Shown here one piece after another: positions 21,901 through 30,427 of a stretch of 64,000 nt of DNA (the stretch's first letter is position 1; the number at the start of each line of letters is the position of its first letter). The stretch is taken from the IMG/VR virus record IMGVR_UViG_3300046787_000508, positions 64,001 to 128,000 of that record; one strand, given 5' to 3'. The notes below the pieces were generated by a model that saw only the letters and a list, made by a program, of their open reading frames with translations, ran no database searches and was not told where the DNA came from. A program made the translations under genes and the position numbers. The stretch comes from a virus (lineage: Duplodnaviria > Caudoviricetes).

Positions 21901-23726
21901 GGTTCAGGTCGACCTAAGAAAGTGTTAGTTTCCCACTTAGCACTGTTGTTCTCACTAATTTTTAAATCATAAGGTGGGAACCACATAACACGACCTCCGT
22001 TTGGGCCTCTTTCACAATATGGTAAATCGTTATAACTAAATCCAGGTAAGTTAGATGTTTTCCAAGCTAAGTTTTCAATAGAAAACATGTATTTTTTTGC
22101 ATAAAATCCGTCACCTTTACCTTTAACGATATTTGATTCGGGTCCAAAGTCTTTGTTTCCATTAGACATTGGCGCGATATTCAAGTTCCACGGTTTGGTT
22201 AAAACGCTACTACCGTACTTTCTAATAAGTCCAGTTCTTTTCATGGTGTCAGAATTGTTCATATAAGACCTATCCTTGGTCCAAACTCTACAATACTCAA
22301 TTCCACCTTCCTCTTTAGTAAACTTGTCAACATACTTAACTGCAGACCCTCTGGACATCATTGTATCACCTTCCTTAAAGATTCTACTTGTTTGGTCGAT
22401 AACATTCGCAACGTGTGAACGTGCTGCAGCTCCATTCGTTGGCATTGAATCAAGAATATCCTGAGTCGTGTCTAATATTGACCCATTTCTAAAGTTATAG
22501 TTAGTTGATAAACTTTCCGAAAATTGTGATTTCTCACTTGGGAACTCTTTGTTACCGACTCCTAATTTATTTTTTGATGAACGACTAATCCACGTTAATT
22601 TACCTCCAATTCCTCCACCTTCAGAAATATTTCGTTTTCTTCCAAATAAATCCGCCTGTATTGGGTCGAACATAACACTAAGATAGTAATTGCTTCTAAC
22701 TGGTCTATCATTAAAGTCATTCATTGCATATTTTACATCATCACTTCTATCGTCACCAATATATGCATATTTTGTTGGTGCCTCGACACCTAAAACGTTT
22801 TTAACACCTTGAGCTAAATTATCAATAAAATTAAATAATTTAGATGAATTTTGAGACCTTGCTGTTGTCGTGTAGTTTGGTCCGTATTTTGAATATGATA
22901 AATTATCAAATAACGCAATTTTTTGTCCCGAACCAAGATATTCAATCATTAAATCTGAAGGTTTCCTTGAAACTTTTGGCCTTCTATCAATACCAATTAA
23001 AGAACCCAATGCTCCCGTTACGTCTTGGTATATTTTACCTAACTCAGTTTTTGCCTCAGGTCTATAGTTTACCGGATTTCTTGGGTTAGATAAGTAATCG
23101 CCAGGTATTTCCGACCATGGAAATTCAACACCCACGACTGTTTGTACAAAATCAATTGCTTTACCCGGTAAAGTTTTTGCTACGGTTATTTTCGTATTAC
23201 CTTCAACAAGTGGTTCTCTACCTGTAATAATATTAATCGCTGTAGTTGTGTTTCCTTGTAATGCGTCTATTAATCTTACTCGACCAACAGTTGCTGCGTA
23301 TAAGTTTTGTTGTATTCTCGCTAATAATGGACCTTGTGGGTCTGTTTTAATATATGATGACGCAAATTTGAACAATTCAGATTCATTATCATAATTTGAT
23401 GTGGTTAATATACCAATTAAATTATGGTCTTGGTCTCTTTCAAAATATGGGTATAAATTTAAGTTTGCTCTTCTTGGTAATGTGTTGATACCATCTCTAA
23501 CCGAATATTGTAATGGTTTAAAAATGTTACCATTTTGTGTGTTAACCAAATATTGTGGTAAATTATTCTCTACAGTTCCAGGGTCAACGTTTGACATGTT
23601 ACTTAAAGATTGAACAGCATAATTTGAAGAACTACTAGTCTGAGGACCATTAGGAGATTGAAGAGTCTTACCCAAAATGTAATCTCTAAAGTTTTTTGTA
23701 GTATCGAAATCTAAGTAACTTGGCAT
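18969..23726 (-). CDS. Giant tail tube initiator-like (gp48/gp54-like) protein with inserted OmpA-like domain
   Basis: Tube-fold motifs ERTGQISFKIVVDHP and FGPPPICVLRVGDFYHSKIII..V.FSF flank an OmpA-like segment (SAVADDNYNLKLAYRRSYSI). Confidence 0.6.
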   Translation of the reverse strand: MPSYLDFDTTKNFRDYILGKTLQSPNGPQTSSSSNYAVQSLSNMSNVDPGTVENNLPQYLVNTQNGNIFKPLQYSVRDGINTLPRRANLNLYPYFERDQDHNLIGILTTSNYDNESELFKFASSYIKTDPQGPLLARIQQNLYAATVGRVRLIDALQGNTTTAINIITGREPLVEGNTKITVAKTLPGKAIDFVQTVVGVEFPWSEIPGDYLSNPRNPVNYRPEAKTELGKIYQDVTGALGSLIGIDRRPKVSRKPSDLMIEYLGSGQKIALFDNLSYSKYGPNYTTTARSQNSSKLFNFIDNLAQGVKNVLGVEAPTKYAYIGDDRSDDVKYAMNDFNDRPVRSNYYLSVMFDPIQADLFGRKRNISEGGGIGGKLTWISRSSKNKLGVGNKEFPSEKSQFSESLSTNYNFRNGSILDTTQDILDSMPTNGAAARSHVANVIDQTSRIFKEGDTMMSRGSAVKYVDKFTKEEGGIEYCRVWTKDRSYMNNSDTMKRTGLIRKYGSSVLTKPWNLNIAPMSNGNKDFGPESNIVKGKGDGFYAKKYMFSIENLAWKTSNLPGFSYNDLPYCERGPNGGRVMWFPPYDLKISENNSAKWETNTFLGRPEPVYTYQNTERTGQISFKIVVDHPSVLNLLVREHFKGMSDEESENYINAFFAGCQDVDFYDLIRKYVTLSQTDITTIQAFLNGNNDPQTITQFTSVTDPIENPGTPDNGGAVPNTDPNKTDPKSFSATLYFPNDYPTKGSSKGDLYSDTTYQKEFDHYMLLKEGEYKKELNQGLDNLLVNGTWGPKSKKDYKILFGKESPTKPNISEVPALKTEVEKQIDDAFNELSTTYPKVNEKYEELKKGLTDKTVKDIKIKLSSTTSAVADDNYNLKLAYRRSYSIITDLITKISKDGTTTALDKVKWKNVVTTKDKSAKESAIEISLKDFGYTDNEGKFTIEYVSNIGEQLTNGSIGSHKNVDCSDNKLVTTSNDLKRTAPITFWCRETTFEVNYSVKPPDVPATTPPPSITEVPKTRLVPYEEKPKAKDRKPSIDPLKNIVMKVLSECHYFKILEEDSPVQFNSLKEKLRYFHPGFHSTTPEGLNSRLTFLQQCIRPGDTIPIKGISDESDINARNTTFGPPPICVLRVGDFYHSKIIIRDVNFSFDEGTWDLNPEGIGVQPMIATATLSISFIGGQGMEKPVERLQNALSSNFFANSEVYDPRATATEDRSKFTKEFLQTLNLSKPSEVKPNAVDALTQTNKVTEGKYIGTLNDKTLDYTDLVKQVFKDTENYTKTYITGYNNIVKQYGDTLSSMFLSPTYRTIRNYTVQTGAGTETIQLFGDYVKNKELSVMANDFKQIFISKIESESMTEMFKFDRDMTEPVVKKSEEILKPFIIKKVSEMIDTFSSNKSIVDIEKSRNDLILTLDKVNFLVETGHDGKVDKDQYIGAELSGFTYDKLYSKYDNNIKFIRDKQSKFYEDLDDSYIFESTSTMTTEDMTNFLSILLKDSIQEIKGLYTKDETIFTKRILADIEKRLNKFMVTPKEKDLKVKKYPIQKDSNKVSFNITNETFTFNDTQKEQLVKVNTTGKVKSTDTLNYVR

Positions 23727-23742
23727 CTTATTCTTTTATATG

Positions 23743-23749
23743 ATAAATA
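23743..23749 (-). promoter_or_regulatory. TATTTAT motif (putative late promoter)
   Basis: CTATTTATC on the coding strand, 16 nt before the ATG at 23726. Confidence 0.5.
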
Positions 23750-23767
23750 GGTGTTTATGAAAAATTA

Positions 23768-25654
23768 CTAATTGGCATTAAGGTATGAACCCTTAATTTG
23801 ACCTTGGAAGTACGCATCGTTGAACATTTCTCTCATAATACCATCGGTTAATGTGTTATTTGATGTTATTTTTAATTCCACTTCTTTTTTCTCAATTGGT
23901 TTTTCAGTAACTTTTTGTGTTTTATCTTCGGTTTTCTTAATTTCCTCTTTAGTGTTAATTGGGGTTGTTTTACCTGTAACAGTACCTTTTTGATTTGATT
24001 CTTTTGTACTTGAAAATACATCTGTCGCTATCGTTCTAATAACATTGGCGGTGTCCTCAGTCCCCTTAGCTACTTTGTTAGCAATTTCTTTTGATTCGAT
24101 TGCCATTTTCATTGGGTCAAATCCCAATTGTTTTACTAAACTATCACCTAATTTACCTGCCTCAACTCTTGCCTTGGCGGCGATAAATGATACATCACGA
24201 TTAATGTTCTCAATTGCACTAACTTGTTTTGTTGCAATTTCCTCTGCTGACATTTTCTTAAACGCCTCTCTTTGGTTTAATAGAATATTTTTTTGATTGT
24301 CACTCATGGATTCTAATGCCACGGTACTACCTCCCAATTGGTCTTGTAAACTTTTTGGTACTTCAATTACCATTTTACCGTCTTTCATTTGAGCCATGTT
24401 AGTAAGGAATTCTCTATCATCATCCTCCATCACTAACCCTGTTGACATTAATTCACTAGCCGCAGACATTCTTTGAGCCGAATTAACCGCTAAATCAGAT
24501 AATTGTTTAAAATCTTGTCCGGTAGCACTTGCAATTGCTCTTACTTGTCTTAAATTTGCTCCTGTTACTTCAAATCGACCTGTTTGTTGGTTGAACGTTG
24601 CTAAACCTTTAACCGTTCCGGCTAATGCATCTTGTAAACCATTCATATCGTTGGTTGTCATATACATTAATTTAAGAGGGTCGTTCATTGCACCAAATGC
24701 TCCTCCAACTGCCGATAATTGTGCCGCCAATTCCATTGCCCCTTCGGGTTCAAATGCTTTATCGGCTAAAGCGGTGACCATCGAGAAGTCCATTTTTAAT
24801 GATTGTGCCTTCTGAGCCATTTTGGTTAAACCTTCAATTCCATTTTTGAAACCATATTGATTTAACAATCCTATATTTTGACCAACCTTACTGATTGTTT
24901 CTTTTGAATTTAAACCTAACTCTAGTGAACTTTTACTTGCATCTTGGATATAGTCCATTGTATCTTTAACGCCCATGGAAACTCTTTGAAAATCGTTTGC
25001 CATTTGTGCGGCACCTGACATTCCCCCCTCAACAAACTTACTTGATAGTTCCATATCACGAATAGTATCGGCATTGACTAATCTAAATCTACCTGAATCG
25101 GCAACTAAACTTGTCATTGTTTGTGATAACTCAGAAAAAGATATTCCTAATCTTTGAGCGTCAGGATATGCTTCGGTAATTTCTTCTCTAAATGCTTTAG
25201 ATAATTCTCCGGTCATCATTGTTCCCGAATTAATATCTTGTAATAAAGCGTTTTGTTGTTTGTAGTTGTCAACTAATGCGGTACCGGCTTGTGAAACCGC
25301 ATCTTTTGCTATGTCACCTAACGATTTTAATTTATTATTCGCATCGAATAACATATTAATCGCAGTTTCAATTGTTGCATTCTCACTTGTTGAACCGTAA
25401 TCTTTTCCTGATTGACTTTTTAACCCCTCTCTTACCGCTTGTAAAATACCCTTTGGTGCACTTGACGTTGGTCCACTTGTTGTGGTTGTTGGGTTAGATG
25501 ATGTACTTGGAGCAACACTATTATCGGTTGTTCTATAAAAGTTATACGCAGCCGACATATCCGATACACTTGCGTTCGGATTTGTCTTTTTATATTCGTT
25601 AAAAAATTCGGTTTGCCTTCCCGATTTGGCGAGTTGGGATAATTTATCGTTCAT
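23768..25654 (-). CDS. Tape measure protein
   Basis: 628-aa Ala/Met/Gln/Lys-rich helical protein directly downstream of tube and chaperone genes; length similar to T4 gp29. Confidence 0.8.
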   Translation of the reverse strand: MNDKLSQLAKSGRQTEFFNEYKKTNPNASVSDMSAAYNFYRTTDNSVAPSTSSNPTTTTSGPTSSAPKGILQAVREGLKSQSGKDYGSTSENATIETAINMLFDANNKLKSLGDIAKDAVSQAGTALVDNYKQQNALLQDINSGTMMTGELSKAFREEITEAYPDAQRLGISFSELSQTMTSLVADSGRFRLVNADTIRDMELSSKFVEGGMSGAAQMANDFQRVSMGVKDTMDYIQDASKSSLELGLNSKETISKVGQNIGLLNQYGFKNGIEGLTKMAQKAQSLKMDFSMVTALADKAFEPEGAMELAAQLSAVGGAFGAMNDPLKLMYMTTNDMNGLQDALAGTVKGLATFNQQTGRFEVTGANLRQVRAIASATGQDFKQLSDLAVNSAQRMSAASELMSTGLVMEDDDREFLTNMAQMKDGKMVIEVPKSLQDQLGGSTVALESMSDNQKNILLNQREAFKKMSAEEIATKQVSAIENINRDVSFIAAKARVEAGKLGDSLVKQLGFDPMKMAIESKEIANKVAKGTEDTANVIRTIATDVFSSTKESNQKGTVTGKTTPINTKEEIKKTEDKTQKVTEKPIEKKEVELKITSNNTLTDGIMREMFNDAYFQGQIKGSYLNAN

Positions 25655-25658
25655 ACCT

Positions 25659-25666
25659 TATAAATA
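25659..25666 (-). promoter_or_regulatory. TATTTATA motif (putative late promoter)
   Basis: Only 4 nt before the tape measure ATG at 25654. Confidence 0.55.
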
Positions 25667-25671
25667 GATTG

Positions 25672-25854
25672 TTAATCGTTTCCACTTTCAATTTCTATCA
25701 AGTATTGAACGTAATATCGTCTAACATAAACAGGCATTGAGATAATATCTGAGTATGAGAATCCTCTTTTTACTAAATATAGTATCTCATCGAGCTGACC
25801 TTTCCTATAATCCGTAGAAAGGGCGAAAAAACTCAACCCCGAATCCAACTTCAA
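25672..25854 (-). CDS. gp51-like small ORF, probably the frameshifted C-terminal extension of the tail assembly chaperone
   Basis: No ATG (TTG start only). It overlaps the chaperone end in the +1 frame and shares the TTTTTT run. GFSYSDIISMPVYVRRYY resembles gp51/GT-type tails. Confidence 0.65.
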   Translation of the reverse strand: MKLDSGLSFFALSTDYRKGQLDEILYLVKRGFSYSDIISMPVYVRRYYVQYLIEIESGND

Positions 25855-26554
25855 CTTGGACTATATCTCCTGACGGGGTGGTTACATCTTTAGTCAAATT
25901 TAATCCAGGTTTAATATCTGAAATAAACTTTCTAAAGTCTTGGGAATCTTTTATTGGTAAACGTTCGATTAAATTTCGTATCTCCATTTGGTTTCTATTA
26001 CCACCGATAGATTTAATCATCATTTCAAGTTTTTTTGTTACGATTGGTGCAATACCATTACCGTTCCAACTATCTTTGATTTTTTGAAGTTCGTCTTCTT
26101 GTTTTTGTGTTAAAAAGGTAAATGTAATATCAACCTTACTTTTTTCAAAATAATAAGGATATTCATTATTAGCATCCGCAACTAAATTGAATTCTTTAAT
26201 CGGTACATTTGATAAATCAACCACTGCAGTAAACTGTTCGTTTGTTTTTGGGTCGGTAATCGTCATATTGTATTCAGAGCCGAAAGCGGTGTTTCTTAAA
26301 AAAATTAAGATTGCTTGTCTATCTTCTTCAACAATATCATCAAATTTTAAATCGTGGTCCAAAACTTTTCTGTTGATTAACTCATTAACAACTGTGTTTG
26401 TTGCGATTAAATTTGGGGATGCTAAGATATTTTCGTCTGCGGCAGTTAAGTAAGCCACCTTGACAGATTTTTTACCACTTGGGTAATGTAAACCTCGACT
26501 TGGCAGTTCCACCACGTCATAGGCAATCGTTGGGTCTATTCTAAATTCTTCCAT
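25805..26554 (-). CDS. Tail/baseplate assembly chaperone (gp26-like)
   Basis: VELPSRGLHY, YLTAADENIL, DRQAILIFLRNTAFGSEY, C-terminal GFGVEFFRP; located between tube and tape measure. Confidence 0.8.
   Translation of the reverse strand: MEEFRIDPTIAYDVVELPSRGLHYPSGKKSVKVAYLTAADENILASPNLIATNTVVNELINRKVLDHDLKFDDIVEEDRQAILIFLRNTAFGSEYNMTITDPKTNEQFTAVVDLSNVPIKEFNLVADANNEYPYYFEKSKVDITFTFLTQKQEDELQKIKDSWNGNGIAPIVTKKLEMMIKSIGGNRNQMEIRNLIERLPIKDSQDFRKFISDIKPGLNLTKDVTTPSGDIVQVEVGFGVEFFRPFYGL
25825..25834 (-). other. Putative programmed frameshift site GAG-TTT-TTT-C(GC)
   Basis: A Phe-Phe codon pair can re-pair in +1 (UUU to UUC), joining the chaperone to the 25672 ORF. Confidence 0.6.
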
Positions 26555-26559
26555 GGTAT

Positions 26560-26588
26560 AAGTTACACAATAACTATTTGAAAGTAAA
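26560..26588 (-). promoter_or_regulatory. Sigma70-like promoter (TTTACT-17-TAACTT) upstream of the chaperone
   Basis: Exact 17-nt spacer. The -35 is identical to the one at 54412. Confidence 0.5.
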
Positions 26589-26602
26589 TAATATAAAGAA
26601 AA

Positions 26603-26650
26603 TAAAAACCCATTAACTTATTAGACAGATTTACCTTAATAGTTAATGGG
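26603..26650 (-). terminator. Long hairpin/terminator after the tail tube gene
   Basis: cccattaact (26609-26618) pairs with agttaatggg (26641-26650), the stem is extendable, and a T tract follows on the minus strand. Confidence 0.7.
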
Positions 26651-26674
26651 AATTTAATATGTTTTATGTGAATA

Positions 26675-27163
26675 TTAGTAAACTTGAATACATCTATCCA
26701 TTCTTAACGATGCATCGATTGTTGCTAAATCGTCTTGAGAATAGTTCAAATCACCGAAGTTCAAACTTGTTAAGAAACAACCTTGAAGTATCCATTTTTC
26801 AACAACTACTCCCGTTGGGTCTAACATTTCGAGTTCAACGTCCTTTTTGTATCCAGCAGCGTATCCCATACGACCTGTTACTGATTCTGCGTGTAAACGG
26901 AACCATTCCATAAGTGCTTGAGACGCAGAGGGACCAATTGGGTCTTTGAACGTTACTTTTATCTCTTCCCAATCAAAACGACCTGCAACGTATGTTGAAG
27001 TGTTCAAGAAAGGAATTTCCACCGATTTAATCTTAGCACTTGGACGAGATGTTGATGTCACGTACCATTCGTTAATTCCCAATGATGAAGGGAATCTAAG
27101 AATAAATCTATTTTTACGTTTCGGTTCATAAGGAACCGGCATTTTCATTAGTAAATCTGCCAT
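26675..27163 (-). CDS. gp19: Tail tube protein (gp19-like)
   Basis: EPKRKNRFILRF, VEIPFLN...YVAGRF.WE.I.VTF.DPI, YKKD..L.MLDP.G.VVEKW.L.G.F. Confidence 0.92.
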   Translation of the reverse strand: MADLLMKMPVPYEPKRKNRFILRFPSSLGINEWYVTSTSRPSAKIKSVEIPFLNTSTYVAGRFDWEEIKVTFKDPIGPSASQALMEWFRLHAESVTGRMGYAAGYKKDVELEMLDPTGVVVEKWILQGCFLTSLNFGDLNYSQDDLATIDASLRMDRCIQVY

Positions 27164-27200
27164 GTTGTATTTGTTAGTTTTTTTTGTTATTATATACTCT

Positions 27201-27208
27201 TATAAATA
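27201..27208 (-). promoter_or_regulatory. TATTTATA motif (putative late promoter of the tube gene)
   Basis: 37 nt before the ATG at 27163. Confidence 0.55.
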
Positions 27209-27245
27209 TATCTCAATTGGAAATAATTTTATTTTACTCAATTAC

Positions 27246-27274
27246 TTGACTTTATCAATTTTATTTCGTAGTTT
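27246..27274 (+). promoter_or_regulatory. Sigma70-like promoter (TTGACT-17-TAGTTT) firing into the sheath-tube spacer
   Basis: Near-consensus -35 with an exact 17-nt spacer; no plus-strand CDS downstream. Confidence 0.5.
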
Positions 27275-27280
27275 TTTACA

Positions 27281-27460
27281 GGCTCCAGCAATTAAGTTCC
27301 AGTATAAATAGATTATTATATAATAAATACTAGAATATAATAATATAACTAGTATTTCTAGTTCCAGTAATGCTGGGTAAATTAAAAATATAACAATAAT
27401 ATTATTATGGTTCCTTGTGGAACTAAAAAAGGGTACCATTTCTGATACCCTTTCTTTTTT
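27281..27460 (+). ncRNA. Candidate ~180-nt structured non-coding RNA or origin transcript
   Basis: Bounded by a promoter and a hairpin with T tract. Internal inverted repeats AAATACTAG/CTAGTATTT, CCAGCA/TGCTGG and GTTCC/GGAAC; no credible ORF. Confidence 0.35.
27425..27460. terminator. Bidirectional intrinsic terminator after the sheath gene
   Basis: aaaaaagggta-ccatttctga-taccctttctttttt, with T tracts on both strands. Confidence 0.75.
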
Positions 27461-27475
27461 ATATCCCCTTTTAGA

Positions 27476-30301
27476 TTAGATATTTTCAAATGATGCTCCT
27501 GTTGGAGTAATAATGAATTCAACATCTATAAATTCAAGTGAACGAGTAGGTTTGATGTAAATTTTTCCTCTCAATGTGTTTGCATCGATGTCCTCAGGGT
27601 CATTAGATACACTTACACGGAAGTCATATAAACCTCTTTCTTTCTTGATAGCCTCAAGAATTGGGTTAACCAATCTTAAGAATTCATTTCTTACTTGTTC
27701 ATCGTTTTGTTCAAACAATAATCTAACCGCAACTGCTGAAATTAATTTTCTTGCTCTTAATAACAATCTTCTTACGTTGATTCTATCTAAAGCAGATTCT
27801 CTAACTTGTAACGTTTTGTTACCCCAAATAATTGTACCTGTATCAGAGAATGTAGCGATTGGGTTAATTCTGTTTTTATATAAACTATCTCTTTCGTCAA
27901 GAGTTAATTTCTTTTGAGCTTTAATTGCGTTTACCAAACCTCTTGAGTAACCCGCTACTGCGAACCATGGGTAAGAAACATTATCAGTTAATGCGATGTT
28001 TTTCAAAACCTCACCTGTTGGTGGAAGGAATAATTGAGTTGCATTGTCATTATCTCTTACTTGAATCCAAGGCCAATATGTTGCTGAATAGTTACTATCC
28101 AAAGAAGCTGTGTCCAAATTGTCAATTGCCTCATCAGCAGATGTTACATTTGGAGAAGCCACGATGTAAAGTGAATCCGCTCTATCGTTCTCAATCATAT
28201 CAATTGCTGCGGTTGTTAATGAACCGTGGTCAAAGAAGTTAATACCAGGAGTTGCAAATACGTTAATATCTACAGCTTCAGGGTTTGAGAACGTTTCAAT
28301 ACCTTTAGTGTAAGCGTAGTAATCAGAATTACCAAAGTTTACATTAAACACACCACCGTTGTTAGTGTTATTTGCGGTGTAAGTTGACTTACCAAATATA
28401 AATGAATCTGTGTTAGTTCTATTTTTTTGGTAGATATCCCAACCGTCAAATCCTCCAAACACTGCGAATGTGAATTTACGTGAAGCTAAAGTATCTAATT
28501 TTCCTTTATTAGTTCCCTCTAAATCGTAAGGTGTACAATCATAAGCAAAACCTGTAATTGTATTACCTGTAATTGAAGATGCATTTGTTGATAAGTGGAA
28601 ACCTGGCGTTACTTTGTCAGGATTAACTCCCTTGTATTTTAAAATGTCCTTATCAAAACCAACTTTAGATGATAAACCTAAAGATACTTTTTTGATTTTA
28701 TCTCCTGATTCAACTGTACCAAATGAATTGTATGCTGCTAAATCAACGATATCACCCGCATCGTGGTATTGTGTTTTGTAAATTACTGAACCTAATGTTG
28801 TTCCACTAATAGTGTCTGTAACGAAACCTTTAAAACCTGCAGGAATTGCGTCCGTAGGGTGACCGTCAGCCAATACCAATGTAATGAATTTTGAACGTAA
28901 TTCATATTCACCATCAGATGTACCGATTTTTCTACCGATATAACCTGGTTTATCTAAACTCATTGAACATCTAGTGTATTTTTCCAATACAACCATATTG
29001 TCGTCAGTATCGTTGAAATCACGAACTAATACATCAAATTCACCTTCTTCTAAGTTAATGTTCACGATTGAGATTTTTACTTGGAAGTTTGCCATCTCAC
29101 CGTCTGAAATTGTTTGGATTTGGAATAAGTCAGCAACATTACCACCTCGTACTTCAGAAACCACCATAGGTGATATTGTAGTATCAAACTCAGCAACGAA
29201 ATCATTACCAGTTGAATGGTAAACCTCATCTAAACTAATTCCTCTAACCAATCCTCTACTATATAAAGTTTGGATTAAATTAGGGTAAATTTCATGAACA
29301 TACATTGGATACTCGTCCATATCTTTATCAAATACATCTACACCTAATACTTTAGTGATATATTTTGTTGACGTGTTATCTAATGAACATGTGTATGTTT
29401 TAGTAGATGTACCTGAAGATATAGATACTTCAAATTCCCCTAAAATGTTAGTGTTAACACTTGTTGAATTGATAGTAAACCCACTATTATTTGTTACTTT
29501 TAGATTTAATGTACTACCCGCGTATTCACCTCTTGACCTTAAAGCTGCAACGGTAATATTGTTGTAATCATTAACAGTTGCACCTGTATAGTTAAATTTA
29601 GTTACATTGAACGTGTTCGATGCTCCTGAATAAACAAAAAGGTAAGAATTTAATCCGTTAACGACACCACCACTAGTCGTGTAGTAATCATTTGACCATC
29701 TATAATCAGTTGCGTCACCGATTGGTCCTGTTATTTCTGTTCCTGATAGTGAGTTAGTTTCAGAATCAGGTACGAAACCGATTGTGAACCAATCATTATT
29801 GGAATATGTACCACCCACAATGAATTCAGTTACACTGTCACCTGTTGTTGCAGTTTTACCTGATAATAATGAGTAGAATGTACTTCCTGTTACTCCTGTA
29901 ACGGTTGGAATTAATGTCCCTGTAGTATCTACAGGTGTTGACGTAGCATCAAATGTGACACTACCTAATGTTTTAAGACCAAATGTTTTATTTGGTTTAT
30001 AACCCGTTAATCCAAGTACTCTTGTTACGAATAGTTGGTTTGATTCTTGAAGATAAGATTTTGCAACATAAGGTAATTCATATTTTGGGTTACCATTACC
30101 GTATTTCAAAGGTGATGTGGTACCAAAATATGTCTTAAATTCGTCGAAATTTGTAATCAATACAGGTTCGAAAGCGGGACCTTTTAAAGTCTCACCTACT
30201 AAACCTAATGTTGTTACTCCGACACTTTGTGCAACAAATGTTAAATCCTTCTCTGAAGTGTAGACCCCTGGAGAAACGAATACTCTGTTTGAATTTGCCA
30301 T
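27476..30301 (-). CDS. gp18: Tail sheath protein (gp18-like)
   Basis: FVSPGVYTSEKD, GETLKGPAFEP, SNYSATYWPW, PWFAVAG..RG, LYKNRINPIATF, IWGNKTLQ, RINVRRL. Confidence 0.97.
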   Translation of the reverse strand: MANSNRVFVSPGVYTSEKDLTFVAQSVGVTTLGLVGETLKGPAFEPVLITNFDEFKTYFGTTSPLKYGNGNPKYELPYVAKSYLQESNQLFVTRVLGLTGYKPNKTFGLKTLGSVTFDATSTPVDTTGTLIPTVTGVTGSTFYSLLSGKTATTGDSVTEFIVGGTYSNNDWFTIGFVPDSETNSLSGTEITGPIGDATDYRWSNDYYTTSGGVVNGLNSYLFVYSGASNTFNVTKFNYTGATVNDYNNITVAALRSRGEYAGSTLNLKVTNNSGFTINSTSVNTNILGEFEVSISSGTSTKTYTCSLDNTSTKYITKVLGVDVFDKDMDEYPMYVHEIYPNLIQTLYSRGLVRGISLDEVYHSTGNDFVAEFDTTISPMVVSEVRGGNVADLFQIQTISDGEMANFQVKISIVNINLEEGEFDVLVRDFNDTDDNMVVLEKYTRCSMSLDKPGYIGRKIGTSDGEYELRSKFITLVLADGHPTDAIPAGFKGFVTDTISGTTLGSVIYKTQYHDAGDIVDLAAYNSFGTVESGDKIKKVSLGLSSKVGFDKDILKYKGVNPDKVTPGFHLSTNASSITGNTITGFAYDCTPYDLEGTNKGKLDTLASRKFTFAVFGGFDGWDIYQKNRTNTDSFIFGKSTYTANNTNNGGVFNVNFGNSDYYAYTKGIETFSNPEAVDINVFATPGINFFDHGSLTTAAIDMIENDRADSLYIVASPNVTSADEAIDNLDTASLDSNYSATYWPWIQVRDNDNATQLFLPPTGEVLKNIALTDNVSYPWFAVAGYSRGLVNAIKAQKKLTLDERDSLYKNRINPIATFSDTGTIIWGNKTLQVRESALDRINVRRLLLRARKLISAVAVRLLFEQNDEQVRNEFLRLVNPILEAIKKERGLYDFRVSVSNDPEDIDANTLRGKIYIKPTRSLEFIDVEFIITPTGASFENI

Positions 30302-30338
30302 CGATTGTTGTTTGGTTAATTATTTTATTACTTATTCA

Positions 30339-30345
30339 ATAAATA
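30339..30345 (-). promoter_or_regulatory. TATTTAT motif (putative late promoter of the sheath gene)
   Basis: GATATTTATT on the coding strand, 37 nt before the ATG at 30301. Confidence 0.55.
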
Positions 30346-30427
30346 TCTTTGTTTTTAGCAAAGATTTCCGTAATTTTAGATAAAAAGATAGTAAATTATC
30401 TTTTTTTATCTTTATTTATCTTTAGTT

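Noticed and set aside
27242-27439. 65-aa minus-strand ORF in the sheath-tube spacer
   Set aside because: It starts inside a terminator hairpin, and its Ile/Tyr/Leu-rich sequence reflects AT-rich non-coding DNA.
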